From sequence record NC_028659.1: a DNA stretch of 64,000 nucleotides. One strand, 5' to 3'. The notes beneath the pieces were generated by a model, which saw only the letters and a list, made by a program, of their open reading frames with translations, was not told the origin of the DNA and made no database searches. The position numbers and the translations under genes are program-made. Positions 26,729 to 36,216 of this stretch are shown piece by piece; the stretch's first letter is position 1; every line of letters starts with the position of its first letter. The DNA comes from Klebsiella phage vB_KpnM_KB57.

Positions 26729-26955
26729 GTAAAGAAAAAACGAAATGGAAAGACCGTGGCTTCGATGATAAGCATCATTATGCCGGGTGGCTCTACTTCA
26801 ACGATTTAACCGATGACAGTAAAATGTACGACGATGTTTACTATGATGAGTTTTCTGGTAAAATAGTTAACATCGTTGCGCCAGATCAAAACGAGAAAGA
26901 CGATCAGGATGTTGACGAGGCAGATAAGTTTTTGTCTCAATTTGAAGAAGAATAA
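26725..26955 (+). CDS. Hypothetical acidic protein (76 aa)
   Basis: ATGA overlap. Confidence 0.45.
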   Translation: MSKEKTKWKDRGFDDKHHYAGWLYFNDLTDDSKMYDDVYYDEFSGKIVNIVAPDQNEKDDQDVDEADKFLSQFEEE

Positions 26956-26964
26956 GGGGAAAGT

Positions 26965-29274
26965 TTGATCAATACAGTTGTGAAGAGTGATGGCAGTGTG
27001 GTTCCATTTGAACCAGAACGTCTAAACAAGGCCGCTATCTTTGGTGATGACGGTAATGGTAACTGGTCGTATATCTCAATGGATGCATATAAGCGACTGT
27101 ATGACGGCTGCACCACTCGTGAAGTTAACCAGGCATTGATCGACGCCTGTGTGAGTCGTAAAGACGAAGCCCATTCACGGATGGCTGGGCGCGTCCTGAT
27201 TGGACAAATCTACAAGGAAGCTTTTGGCGGATTTAAGAAAATCCCAAGCCTTACCGAGTTTTACCAGGACATGGTGATGCGTGGGTACTGGGAAGAAATG
27301 GGCTATACTGGACCTGAGCTGTTAAACTTTGACCAAGTCATTGACCACAGTAAGGACCTGAGTTATGGGTATGCGGTTCTGAAACAGTTCCGGGATAAGT
27401 ATGGCATCAAAGATAACATCAATGATATCCTGTTCGAATCCCCACAGATGATGTTCATGGGTATTGCTATGGCTGTTATGAAGAATATGCCATTATCCCG
27501 TAGGAAGAATGACGTCATCAGACTGTATACGTATCTCTCTGATCTTAAGATCAATGCACCAACGCCGTACCTGAATGGGTTGCGTACTGGTAAAACTGGA
27601 TATGCATCCTGTTGCATTATCAAAGCAGACGATACAGCTAAAAGTATTGGTGTTGCTCGTGAGGTGGCATACACTATGACGGTAGCACAAGCGGGGATTG
27701 GATATTATCTGTCTTCTCGTTCTATCGGCGATGGTGTTCGTGACAATACGATCAAGCATATGGGTAAACTCCCTTATTACCGTGGAATTGATGTCGGTGT
27801 TAAGGAAAATCGCCAACAATCCCGTGGTGGTTCTGCAACGGTATCTTTCCTTGCGCTAGACCCGCAAGTTGAAGAACTGATGCGCCTTCGTAACCCGATG
27901 ACGGTTACCTCAAAGCGTATAAATACGATGGACTATTCGATCGGTGTCAACCACTCGTTCATGAATCGAGTGGCTAAGAATCTGGACTGGATGTTGGTGT
28001 CGTATAAGGATGCCCCTCAGCTGCATGAGGGTATGTTCCGAATGACAATGCAGGAGTTTGATGCTGAGGTTGCCCGTGTAGCAGCAGATACGAAGATTCC
28101 AAAAACTTGGGTGAAGGCGCGTGATCTGGCAATGGAGCTGATCACTCAACGTGCAGAAACTGGTCGTCTTTATGTTTACTGGCCTGACGAAATGAACCGT
28201 CATACGCCATTTCTTGAGACAATCTATTCATCTAACCTGTGTCAAGAAATCTGTCTACCAACAAAAGGGTATACAGATATGCGGAACATTTTCAACCCGA
28301 CTGTCGATGATGGTGAAGTTGCATTGTGCTTTATCGCCTCTCTTGTTGCTGGTCGTATTTCCGAAGAAGAGTACGAGGATGTTGCTTACTACACCGTCCT
28401 GATGATCGACAACGTTATGGATATCATGGATTATCCATATGAGAACATGAAGTACACAGCCGAATCTCGTCGTTCGATTGGTGTTGGCCTGACCAACCTT
28501 GCACACTACATCGCGAAACACAAAGTCGCGTATGGTTCTCCTGAGAGCAAACAGTTGGTTCACGATCTGGCAGAACTGCATAGCTTCAGCCTGCATAAGG
28601 CAAGTCTGCGACTGGCTAAAGAGCGTGGTGTTGCTCCGTGGATGAATAAGACTAAGTACCGCAGTTGGTTGCCTATCGATACCTATAATAAGGCAGTTGA
28701 TAGTGTTGTGAAGAATCCGAGCCTGAAGCAGGACTGGGAAACTTTGCGCCAGGAAATCATCGAAAATGGTGGTATCCGTAACAGTGTTCTGGAAGCTTAT
28801 ATGCCGAACGAAAGTTCATCATTGGCTACCAACACAACAAATGGCCTGTATCCGGTACGTGACCATGTGATCTTCAAGAAATCTCCTCAAGGCTCTGTGC
28901 TGTTTATCGTGCCCGAGTATGAAGAGCTGAAGGAATATTACACGTCGGCTTGGGATATCGATACGAATGACTTGATTGATATCTATGCAATCATTCAGAA
29001 GTTCGCAGGGCAAGCAATTAGTGCGGATCTTTACATCGACTATACCCAGTTACCTGATGGTAAGATTTCCATGAAACAACAACTGGGATATCTGATCCGC
29101 GCCACGAAGATGGGGATGAAGACATGGTATTACCTGAACTCCAAGGTTGGGGCGGGAGACTCCCTCACTGAGGAACTTCATGCTAAAGCAAAAGCTGAGG
29201 AAGAGACAAGGGCTGTTGCACCACTTATCGCCGGGGATACTGAAGATCCTTATTGCGAAAGTTGTTCTTTATAA
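26965..29274 (+). CDS. nrdA: Ribonucleoside-diphosphate reductase alpha subunit (class Ia NrdA)
   Basis: 769 aa. N-terminal ATP-cone (VVKSDGSVVPFEPERLNKA), active-site SNLCQEI, C-terminal CESCSL CxxC tail. Probable TTG start. Confidence 0.9.
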   Translation: MINTVVKSDGSVVPFEPERLNKAAIFGDDGNGNWSYISMDAYKRLYDGCTTREVNQALIDACVSRKDEAHSRMAGRVLIGQIYKEAFGGFKKIPSLTEFYQDMVMRGYWEEMGYTGPELLNFDQVIDHSKDLSYGYAVLKQFRDKYGIKDNINDILFESPQMMFMGIAMAVMKNMPLSRRKNDVIRLYTYLSDLKINAPTPYLNGLRTGKTGYASCCIIKADDTAKSIGVAREVAYTMTVAQAGIGYYLSSRSIGDGVRDNTIKHMGKLPYYRGIDVGVKENRQQSRGGSATVSFLALDPQVEELMRLRNPMTVTSKRINTMDYSIGVNHSFMNRVAKNLDWMLVSYKDAPQLHEGMFRMTMQEFDAEVARVAADTKIPKTWVKARDLAMELITQRAETGRLYVYWPDEMNRHTPFLETIYSSNLCQEICLPTKGYTDMRNIFNPTVDDGEVALCFIASLVAGRISEEEYEDVAYYTVLMIDNVMDIMDYPYENMKYTAESRRSIGVGLTNLAHYIAKHKVAYGSPESKQLVHDLAELHSFSLHKASLRLAKERGVAPWMNKTKYRSWLPIDTYNKAVDSVVKNPSLKQDWETLRQEIIENGGIRNSVLEAYMPNESSSLATNTTNGLYPVRDHVIFKKSPQGSVLFIVPEYEELKEYYTSAWDIDTNDLIDIYAIIQKFAGQAISADLYIDYTQLPDGKISMKQQLGYLIRATKMGMKTWYYLNSKVGAGDSLTEELHAKAKAEEETRAVAPLIAGDTEDPYCESCSL

Positions 29275-29280
29275 GTTGTA

Positions 29281-29300
29281 GGGGCTTCGGCCCCGTTTTT
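29281..29300 (+). terminator. Terminator/attenuator hairpin GGGGCttcgGCCCC + GTTTTT between nrdA and nrdB
   Basis: Perfect TTCG tetraloop hairpin with a T run. Confidence 0.6.
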
Positions 29301-29311
29301 GAGGAGAGAAA

Positions 29312-30400
29312 ATGGCAGTTTTTAACGTAGAAAACACCGCACATAAGACCGGGGACTACCCACTGTTCCTTGGTCAACAGATGGGGATGTATGACTCCAT
29401 CAATAAAAAGTATCCGCAACTGTTTGACCTGTATAAAAAGCAGAAAGAACAGGACTGGTCAGAAGATGAAGTTGAACTGAGCCAGTCTATCACTGACTTT
29501 GCTACTTGCAGCAAATCGACTTACGACGTCATGGTGCAGACCCTGATGTGGCAATGGGAAGCTGATAGTGTTGCAGCACAGTCTATCATCTGTCTGTTTG
29601 CACCGTTCATCACGAATAGTGAACTGTTCGCCATGATGATGAAGCAATCAGAGATTGAAGTCCTACATGCTCTGACGTATTCTGATATTGTTCGTCAATG
29701 TCTGCCTAATTCTCGCCAGATCATTGAAGATATTCAGAACAACCAGGCAGTCCTTGAACGCTCTGGCGTCATTGTCAAATTCATGCGTGAATTAGAGATC
29801 CTCGGTGCTCGATACCGTATTGACCCGGACTCTGTTGACAAAGAGGAAATCCGTCGAGGAATCCTGAGAGCGATGTTCTCCCTGTTGGGGCTGGAAGGTA
29901 TTGAATTCATCTCTAGCTTTGCCTGTACGTTCGCTCTTGCAGAACAGGGTGTTTTTGTCCAGGTGGGGCAGCTGGTGCAGAAAATTATGTTGGATGAGAT
30001 GCTGCATACCAAGATGGATTTCGGAGTTATCGATATCCTTCTGAAAGACCCGGTATGGAAGGCCAGTTTTATCGCAATCAAGCACGAGCTGAAAGCAATT
30101 CTGGATGAAGTTCGTACCAATGAATATGGTTGGGGCGATTATCTCTTCAGTGAAGGCCGTGCGATCATCGGGTTGAACGCTCCATTGCTGAAAGATTGGA
30201 CTGACTGGAACTGTGCTCCGATCTACGATTACTACGGCATTGAAAAAGATTTCGTAGCACCAAAACGTGATCCTCTCCCGTTCATGGATGTTTGGATGAA
30301 CCCTTCCAAGCAACAGAATGCGAATCAGGAACAAACAAACACTGATTATCGTCTTAATGCGACAGTCAATGACGCTGAAGATGAAGTCTGGGATTTTTAA
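29312..30400 (+). CDS. nrdB: Ribonucleoside-diphosphate reductase beta subunit (NrdB)
   Basis: 362 aa immediately after nrdA. Conserved Glu/His-containing helices (EMLHTKMDF). RBS GAGGAG. Confidence 0.8.
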   Translation: MAVFNVENTAHKTGDYPLFLGQQMGMYDSINKKYPQLFDLYKKQKEQDWSEDEVELSQSITDFATCSKSTYDVMVQTLMWQWEADSVAAQSIICLFAPFITNSELFAMMMKQSEIEVLHALTYSDIVRQCLPNSRQIIEDIQNNQAVLERSGVIVKFMRELEILGARYRIDPDSVDKEEIRRGILRAMFSLLGLEGIEFISSFACTFALAEQGVFVQVGQLVQKIMLDEMLHTKMDFGVIDILLKDPVWKASFIAIKHELKAILDEVRTNEYGWGDYLFSEGRAIIGLNAPLLKDWTDWNCAPIYDYYGIEKDFVAPKRDPLPFMDVWMNPSKQQNANQEQTNTDYRLNATVNDAEDEVWDF

Positions 30401-30409
30401 GGAGTAATA

Positions 30410-30757
30410 ATGGATAGCGCCAATTTTGAATCTGTAGTATACGACCCGTCCAAGCTGGTAGTTACTTTTGGAGGCGAGCGTGTGGTAGGCTTCTCAAGTG
30501 ATATGAAAATTTCCATTTCCCGTCGATTGCACGGAGTAGCTAAGGCTAAAATCTATTTACAGGCTACCAGCCCTTGGGTATTAAAGCTTAAACAGGCGCT
30601 AGGCCATCCTGCAAGGGTTGAGGCAGCGTATCCCGTTTTTGGCAGTCTATCAGAGTCCATGCGTTTCGTTGGGGACTTGGTAGTTAAAGGGTATGATGTT
30701 GACTACACATCAGAAATCCCAGTATTCACATTCCTTCTTGAATCGGAGAAACAATGA
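30410..30757 (+). CDS. Hypothetical protein (115 aa)
   Basis: RBS AAGGAG. Confidence 0.45.
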   Translation: MDSANFESVVYDPSKLVVTFGGERVVGFSSDMKISISRRLHGVAKAKIYLQATSPWVLKLKQALGHPARVEAAYPVFGSLSESMRFVGDLVVKGYDVDYTSEIPVFTFLLESEKQ

Positions 30758-31026
30758 ATCTGAAGAATTCAACCTTCACCATTTATGGTAAGGATAACTG
30801 CTTACACTGCGTCCGTGCGAAGGAGTTTGCCATTGCAAATGGGATCGAGTATATCTATCTGACACTCGGGAAGAATTACACCAAGGAAGAGCTGGTGGAG
30901 CAGTGCGCCCCGGTTATCCCTCGCACCGTCCCGCAGATTTTCCGTGAGACGGACTCCTCAACGGAGTACATTGGTGGCGCGGATGACTTCATTGCTTTTG
31001 TGCAAAAACATATGAAATCCTGTTGA
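30754..31026 (+). CDS. Glutaredoxin/NrdH-like redoxin (90 aa)
   Basis: IYGKDNCLHCVRAKEF: CxxC in a Grx-like context. Downstream of nrdAB. Confidence 0.55.
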   Translation: MNLKNSTFTIYGKDNCLHCVRAKEFAIANGIEYIYLTLGKNYTKEELVEQCAPVIPRTVPQIFRETDSSTEYIGGADDFIAFVQKHMKSC

Positions 31027-31051
31027 CATAGCAACCTTCTGTCTGTATGAT
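31023..31051 (+). promoter_or_regulatory. sigma70-like promoter TTGACA-N17-TATGAT
   Basis: TTGACA at 31023-28, TATGAT at 31046-51. Confidence 0.55.
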
Positions 31052-31105
31052 TTATGTAATCCTGCCGAGAAATCTGTCCGGCGGGAAATTTAGAGGAGAA
31101 TTCGA

Positions 31106-31249
31106 ATGAGTAAAAAAGCACTGCGTAAGGCATATACCAAGGAACTGGCTCTGGAACTGCGTGGCAAAAAGCCGAAGAATAAACGCTCTTCTGATGAAGA
31201 ACTTCAGCAACTTGCAGCAGACGCTGCCGCTCGCGGGGGTTACTAATGT
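31106..31249 (+). CDS. Small basic protein (47 aa)
   Basis: RBS AGAGGAG. ATGA-type overlap with the next gene. Not in the supplied track (<60 aa). Confidence 0.4.
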
Positions 31250-31626
31250 CAAAAAAGGCCGAAGTTGTAACCACTGACTTACGACCTTCTCTGGCAAAGG
31301 AGTTTGTTTCTCTGGTGTGGGACCGACTGATCGGGGATTTTGCTACTGGATTGCAGGTGCAGGTTGAAAGTCTCCAGAACATGGTGAAGGGAGAGAAAGA
31401 CGTATATTTTGCCAAGGAAATAAAGGAGAAAAAAGAACGCCTTCGTAAAACTCTCTCTACAGGGGTTCAACAGAAAGTGTTTGATAAATTGGTCTGCCAG
31501 TTGGCAGAGGCTTTGACAGAAGAAGAGCTGAGATACGCGATCTTCCAAGAGAAGATTACGATCAAGATTCATGGGGTAGCCTCCCAGCTCGAAGCGGCTT
31601 TTGAAGAGGCAGTGGGAGAGGCCTAA
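31246..31626 (+). CDS. Hypothetical protein (126 aa)
   Basis: ORF. Confidence 0.5.
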   Translation: MSKKAEVVTTDLRPSLAKEFVSLVWDRLIGDFATGLQVQVESLQNMVKGEKDVYFAKEIKEKKERLRKTLSTGVQQKVFDKLVCQLAEALTEEELRYAIFQEKITIKIHGVASQLEAAFEEAVGEA

Positions 31627-31644
31627 CCTGAAAAAGGAGGTCTT

Positions 31645-32199
31645 TTGAAACTTACGCTGGAACAACTCAACAAAATATTTCCGAATGGCGCGAAGGCTGG
31701 CAGAAATGCCAAGTTTATTGGTCCTTTGAATGATTTGTTTGAGAAGGGTGGTATTAATACTGTCAACCGCATTGCCGGATTCCTTTCCCAAATCGGTGTG
31801 GAGTCCGCAGAGTTCCTGTATACCAGAGAGCTTGGAAACAATGCCTACTTTAATAAGTATGATACCGGACCAATTGCAAAGCGACTTGGCAATACACCAG
31901 AAAAGGATGGTGACGGAGCTAAGTACAAGGGACGTGGTCTGATCCAAGTCACCGGGCTTGCAAACTACAAAGCTTGTGGTAAAGCCTTAGGGTTGGATCT
32001 CGTCAATCACCCTGAATTACTTGAACAGCCGAAATATGCAGTTGACAGCGCTGGTTGGTACTGGAACATGAGAAACATCAACGCCGCTTGCGATGCTGAT
32101 GATATCACCAAAATCACCAAGCTGGTAAATGGCGGGACTAACCACCTCGCAGAAAGAACCGCATACTACAAAAAGGCAAAATCTGTTCTAACCTCTTAA
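31645..32199 (+). CDS. Endolysin, glycoside hydrolase family 19 (chitinase-like lysozyme)
   Basis: RIAGFLSQIGVESAEF...KYKGRGLIQVTGLANYKACGKALGLDLVNHPELL matches the GH19 catalytic core. RBS AAGGAGG with TTG start. Confidence 0.65.
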   Translation: MKLTLEQLNKIFPNGAKAGRNAKFIGPLNDLFEKGGINTVNRIAGFLSQIGVESAEFLYTRELGNNAYFNKYDTGPIAKRLGNTPEKDGDGAKYKGRGLIQVTGLANYKACGKALGLDLVNHPELLEQPKYAVDSAGWYWNMRNINAACDADDITKITKLVNGGTNHLAERTAYYKKAKSVLTS

Positions 32200-32209
32200 G
32201 GAGAACCAC

Positions 32210-32998
32210 ATGGGAAGAAGCAAAGAGGCTCGTGCAACCAAACTCAGCGTTCGCCAGCAACAACGTGCTGAGAGACAAGCCAAGCACCACCCTAAATTCG
32301 ATGAGGAAAGGAATAGCGCTCCACCGCTGACTCCTCTGAATGACAAGCAGCAAGATTACCTTCACAAGTTGCAAACTTGCAATATTGTTATCGCAAAAGG
32401 TATCTTCGGTACAGGTAAAACTTACCTGGCATCGGCCTACGCTGCTGATCTGCTCCGTAAGAATGAACTCGACAAGATCATTGTCGCTCGCCCTTATGTG
32501 CAGACGGGTAAAACCTCCGGCTTCAAACCGGGAACATCGTTGGAAAAACTCTTCCCGTATGTTCGTAACATGTTAGACACCATCCGTAAACGTATGGGCG
32601 ACGGTGCCTATTACAATGCGCTTAAAGATGGTCTGAATGGGCGTATTGAAGTTCAGGAATTGGAAAGCATCCGTGGTCGTTCATTCGATGAAAGAAGCTA
32701 TCTCCTGATCGACGAAGCCCAGCAGAGTACCCCAGAGGAAATGTTGAGTATCATCACACGTATCTCTGACAACTGTACACTCGTGGTCATGGGGGATGCC
32801 TCTCAGAAAGATATCCACGGAATCTCCGGTCTGGAGTGGGTGGAAGATTTCCTGAGCCGGAACGGGATCGCGGGTGTGGGTATTGTAAACTTCGACAACC
32901 CAGATGATGACATCGTCCGTGGTGGTATGGTTCGTGACATTGCCAAGGCGTTAATCGCCGACCGTGCAGAAGGACGCTATACCCCACTGGCTTCGTAA
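32210..32998 (+). CDS. phoH: PhoH-like ATPase
   Basis: Walker A GIFGTGKTYLA and PhoH-family layout (262 aa). Confidence 0.8.
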   Translation: MGRSKEARATKLSVRQQQRAERQAKHHPKFDEERNSAPPLTPLNDKQQDYLHKLQTCNIVIAKGIFGTGKTYLASAYAADLLRKNELDKIIVARPYVQTGKTSGFKPGTSLEKLFPYVRNMLDTIRKRMGDGAYYNALKDGLNGRIEVQELESIRGRSFDERSYLLIDEAQQSTPEEMLSIITRISDNCTLVVMGDASQKDIHGISGLEWVEDFLSRNGIAGVGIVNFDNPDDDIVRGGMVRDIAKALIADRAEGRYTPLAS

Positions 32999-33007
32999 CG
33001 GAGGATT

Positions 33008-33646
33008 ATGGCTTATTATACAGGCGTGGGGTCGAGGGAGACCCCTCCTGAGGTTATCAGCATCATGGAAGATGCTGGTTTCCGCCTTGCAAGGTGCGGA
33101 TTCACCTTGAGAAGTGGAAAAGCAGGTGGCGCAGATGAAGCATTCCAGGTCGGAATGCAAAAATATTACGAATCTCTTGACAATGGGAAGCAAGAAGAGT
33201 ATCGTACACATTTGGCGGAGATCTATATCCCCTGGGATGGATTTGCATCTGACAATGACAATCTCTGGGATTTCTGGGATTATCCTTTAGATTATCTTGA
33301 TTATCTGATTCCCGACCAAAAGGTTGTACGTGAGGAACTGGTTGAGGAGATTCATCCTAATTTTGAAGCTCTTAAAAGAAAAAGAGGAGCTTTTGCGCTC
33401 CATTCTCGTAATGTGCATCAAGTCTTGGGGGCCAATATCCTCGATCCACGTCCCTCTGCATTTTGTTTGTACTATGCCAAAGAAGATAGGAACGGAAATC
33501 CTAAGGGAGGTACTGCAACCGCAGTTAATTTAGCCAGAAAGTACGGAGTTCGGGTTCTTAACCTGAACACACCTGATAAACTAGCCTTGTTGGAGAGGTT
33601 CTTAAGATCCTTGGAGGAAAAACGTGGCATCCAGATTTCGCGATAA
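33008..33646 (+). CDS. DprA/Smf-like Rossmann (SLOG-superfamily) protein, tentative
   Basis: YYTGVGSRETPPEV...GFTLRSGKAGGADEAFQVG resembles the DprA/SLOG GSR...SG.A.G.D.A..G nucleotide-binding core. Confidence 0.35.
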   Translation: MAYYTGVGSRETPPEVISIMEDAGFRLARCGFTLRSGKAGGADEAFQVGMQKYYESLDNGKQEEYRTHLAEIYIPWDGFASDNDNLWDFWDYPLDYLDYLIPDQKVVREELVEEIHPNFEALKRKRGAFALHSRNVHQVLGANILDPRPSAFCLYYAKEDRNGNPKGGTATAVNLARKYGVRVLNLNTPDKLALLERFLRSLEEKRGIQISR

Positions 33647-33935
33647 GCTTAATAATTCTTATTGTCTCGTTAAAGTTGATGGGCTGGGGTGGTCAGTTGG
33701 TAAAATCGGTAACAAAGTGATTTTCATTACTTACAAGGATGGCGGGATGAAAAACATCTGTAACACAGACGATACTGATTTATTCAGATACTTCCTGGAA
33801 TCCATTGAGTATCAAAGTAAGAGAGAGTTATTCGTTGGTGACAAGGTCAACGTTGATAAGTTCGGACCGTACTATGTGGTAGATATCGGTCACCGTGAGA
33901 AAGACGGGAGTATTAAGTACCTTATAGCTCGATAG
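33624..33935 (+). CDS. Hypothetical protein (103 aa)
   Basis: ORF. Confidence 0.4.
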   Translation: MASRFRDKLNNSYCLVKVDGLGWSVGKIGNKVIFITYKDGGMKNICNTDDTDLFRYFLESIEYQSKRELFVGDKVNVDKFGPYYVVDIGHREKDGSIKYLIAR

Positions 33936-33942
33936 GAGGAGT

Positions 33943-34437
33943 ATGACAGTTAGTATTCATGGGATTCTTTCCCATCGGAGACTGATGGAACTGAAGAATT
34001 GTGGAGTCGTCGAGCCTGAATTTTTCGAGTCCGAGGTGACAAAGTATTACAATCTCTATCTAAAGGTTGTGGCTGAATCACTTTATAGAATGAATGACGG
34101 GTTCTTTACCCGGATGATTTATAGTCGTTCCGCTGCCGAGCGGGATGCCTCTTGGATGTTCCCGGATCGTCGTGACCTGTTGGAACATTTGATTTACCTA
34201 GATGGAAAATCTCAGTACGTGAGTTTGACCAAAGAAGAGCTTAACCACTTTACGCTGTTGCATCAAGCGGCAGTAGCCTCAGAACGCGCCAAGAGGGTAC
34301 TCCTGTGCTTTAAGTACAGCGACCAAGTCCTTGTGGATGATGATTCAGGGTTCAATATAGACTGGTTGTTACGGAATGCATATACATTACGACAACTGAT
34401 TGTAGACGCGAATGGGGAGACACAAGATGCAGAATAA
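33943..34437 (+). CDS. Hypothetical protein (164 aa)
   Basis: RBS GGAGGAG. Confidence 0.45.
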   Translation: MTVSIHGILSHRRLMELKNCGVVEPEFFESEVTKYYNLYLKVVAESLYRMNDGFFTRMIYSRSAAERDASWMFPDRRDLLEHLIYLDGKSQYVSLTKEELNHFTLLHQAAVASERAKRVLLCFKYSDQVLVDDDSGFNIDWLLRNAYTLRQLIVDANGETQDAE

Positions 34438-35338
34438 CGACAAAAAGAATTACTTTGGCTTTGGCGGTGGTTTTGGTGGGGAAGGTTCTTTCTGCTATCC
34501 AATGCCCTCTCATGAGCATGTGATCTATATTCATGATTTGGATTATATGGAAGATCATTTCAATAAATTGCAACAAATACGCCAAGCCAACCCAGACGAT
34601 ATGGTGCGTGTTATCATCAACACTTACGGTGGACGTGTAGATATCGCAATGGCTTATGTTAGTGCGATGCGCGAGAGTCAAGCAACTGTAGTTACCCATG
34701 CAGAGGGGCAGGTGTGTTCTGCTGGAACAATCTTATGGCTGGCTTCTAAAGAGCGAACTGTCGCCCCAATGACGGAATTTATGTTCCATAACTATCAGGG
34801 CGGGGCATTTGGTGATGGGGCTAATATTTATACCCAGGTGCTGTTCTATAAACAACACTTCGATCGCTTAATCGATTATTTCTACAAAGGTGTATTGACC
34901 GACGGGGAGATCAACACAATCAAAGGTGGTGGGCAGGTGTGGCTGGATGAAGTTGAGATCACGAAACGAACCCGCGCAGTGATTTTGGATGATAAAAATA
35001 TCGAAAGGATGAAATCCGGTAAAAATCCGATCGTAACCCCTGTTGGTGTGAAAGATACCCAGAAAGAGGACACTGTTACTGGAGATCCTGACCGCAGTGT
35101 TGTCCTGAAGGTACATGTCGATGGTGAGACTTTCTCGTTGGATGTGAGAAACCTGAAGGCCTCTGATTTCGATATCTTCAACATCGATGAGCTGCAAAGC
35201 ATTCTGTCACAGGTTGGGGCTATTGCACAAGGAGAAGAAAAGGCACTGGAGATTACCTCTCGTGATCGCCAAGCACTAATCGAAGCTCTCCTGACCGCAG
35301 GTGAAGTTATCATCGATACCTTTGGGAATGCCGAGTAA
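34412..35338 (+). CDS. ClpP-family (S14) serine peptidase-like protein
   Basis: INTYGGRVDIAMAYV...VCSAGTILWLASKERTV...MFHNYQGG matches ClpP/prohead-protease core elements including the catalytic Ser context. Confidence 0.55.
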   Translation: MGRHKMQNNDKKNYFGFGGGFGGEGSFCYPMPSHEHVIYIHDLDYMEDHFNKLQQIRQANPDDMVRVIINTYGGRVDIAMAYVSAMRESQATVVTHAEGQVCSAGTILWLASKERTVAPMTEFMFHNYQGGAFGDGANIYTQVLFYKQHFDRLIDYFYKGVLTDGEINTIKGGGQVWLDEVEITKRTRAVILDDKNIERMKSGKNPIVTPVGVKDTQKEDTVTGDPDRSVVLKVHVDGETFSLDVRNLKASDFDIFNIDELQSILSQVGAIAQGEEKALEITSRDRQALIEALLTAGEVIIDTFGNAE

Positions 35339-36021
35339 TGAGTGCCCCCCTGAAGAAAAAGGGGGAACGTAGGGATTATGACGTCTATGAGACTCCTGAA
35401 TGGGCCGTACAGGCCCTTTTGGATGTTATCCCTATCAATCCCTCATGGACATACCTAGAGCCTTGTAGAGCGTCTGGGAGGTTCTATAATCATATGCCTC
35501 TCGGTTCGGCTTGGGGTGAAATTCGTGAAGGTGTAGATTATCTCAATACCTATTATCCAAATCATGTTGATTGCATCATCACCAACCCGCCATATTCGTT
35601 GGCCCAAGAGTTTGTGACAAAAGCACTTGACGATGCAGATGTCGTGATTATGCTTTTGCGGTTAGGGTTCCTTGAGAGCATGAAGCGATGGGAATGGTGG
35701 CAAGAGAATCCTATTACCAGTCTGATGGTGTTGTCTCAAAGACCATCGTTTACTGAAGATGGTAAAACAGACGGAAGTGGTTACGCTTACTTTATTTGGG
35801 ACCGTAAGAACAGGCTGAATCTTAAGCCATTTTATTTTTTGGAGGGACAAGACGATGAGTGCCGCAAGCAAGATGCGAGGGATCGCAGAAATCGCAAACG
35901 CAGCAATCCCGCCCGAGATGAACCAGTTGTACGACAACATGGTGGAGGGGATTCACCAATGTGCCAAGAAGGGACTTTTGGGGATGGGGATGGTGATAGA
36001 CCTGCCGGATCACCTGCTTGA
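35338..36021 (+). CDS. N6-adenine (or N4-cytosine) DNA methyltransferase
   Basis: Motif IV IITNPPYS. Upstream EPCRASGRF approximates motif I. The low-complexity Arg/Gly-rich tail after ~residue 165 overlaps another ORF. Confidence 0.65.
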   Translation: MSAPLKKKGERRDYDVYETPEWAVQALLDVIPINPSWTYLEPCRASGRFYNHMPLGSAWGEIREGVDYLNTYYPNHVDCIITNPPYSLAQEFVTKALDDADVVIMLLRLGFLESMKRWEWWQENPITSLMVLSQRPSFTEDGKTDGSGYAYFIWDRKNRLNLKPFYFLEGQDDECRKQDARDRRNRKRSNPARDEPVVRQHGGGDSPMCQEGTFGDGDGDRPAGSPA

Positions 36022-36133
36022 TTATTTGCCTCATATTATTGCTGATCTTCGTGGTGGAGGTTTCGAGGTTGATGTCGTAGAAGTTGAACCCTCTATGCAA
36101 GGTATTAGAGCACGATTGTATATTACATGGTAA
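35855..36133 (+). CDS. Hypothetical protein (92 aa), overlapping the MTase 3' end in another frame
   Basis: Globular-looking sequence ending exactly at a strong terminator. Confidence 0.45.
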   Translation: MSAASKMRGIAEIANAAIPPEMNQLYDNMVEGIHQCAKKGLLGMGMVIDLPDHLLDYLPHIIADLRGGGFEVDVVEVEPSMQGIRARLYITW

Positions 36134-36153
36134 ACCCGCTTCGGCGGGTTTTT
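36131..36153 (+). terminator. Rho-independent terminator AACCCGCttcgGCGGGTTTTTT
   Basis: Perfect stem, TTCG loop, T6. Confidence 0.7.
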
Positions 36154-36164
36154 TCGTTTTTGTA

Positions 36165-36193
36165 CTTGACTCCCTGCACAGCTTCAATTATGC
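36165..36193 (+). promoter_or_regulatory. sigma70-like promoter TTGACT-N17-TATGCT
   Basis: Immediately after the terminator. RBS GAGGAG and ATG at 36217. Confidence 0.5.
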
Positions 36194-36216
36194 TTCTTGT
36201 ATTAGAGGAGATTGCT

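Noticed and set aside
31279-31947. 222-aa minus-strand ORF (also 30876-31415) opposite the endolysin region
   Set aside because: Antisense to plus-strand genes with RBSs and a promoter. No RBS. Leu/Ser-rich shadow frame.
34882-35313. 143-aa and 109-aa minus-strand ORFs inside the ClpP-like gene
   Set aside because: Antisense shadow ORFs.
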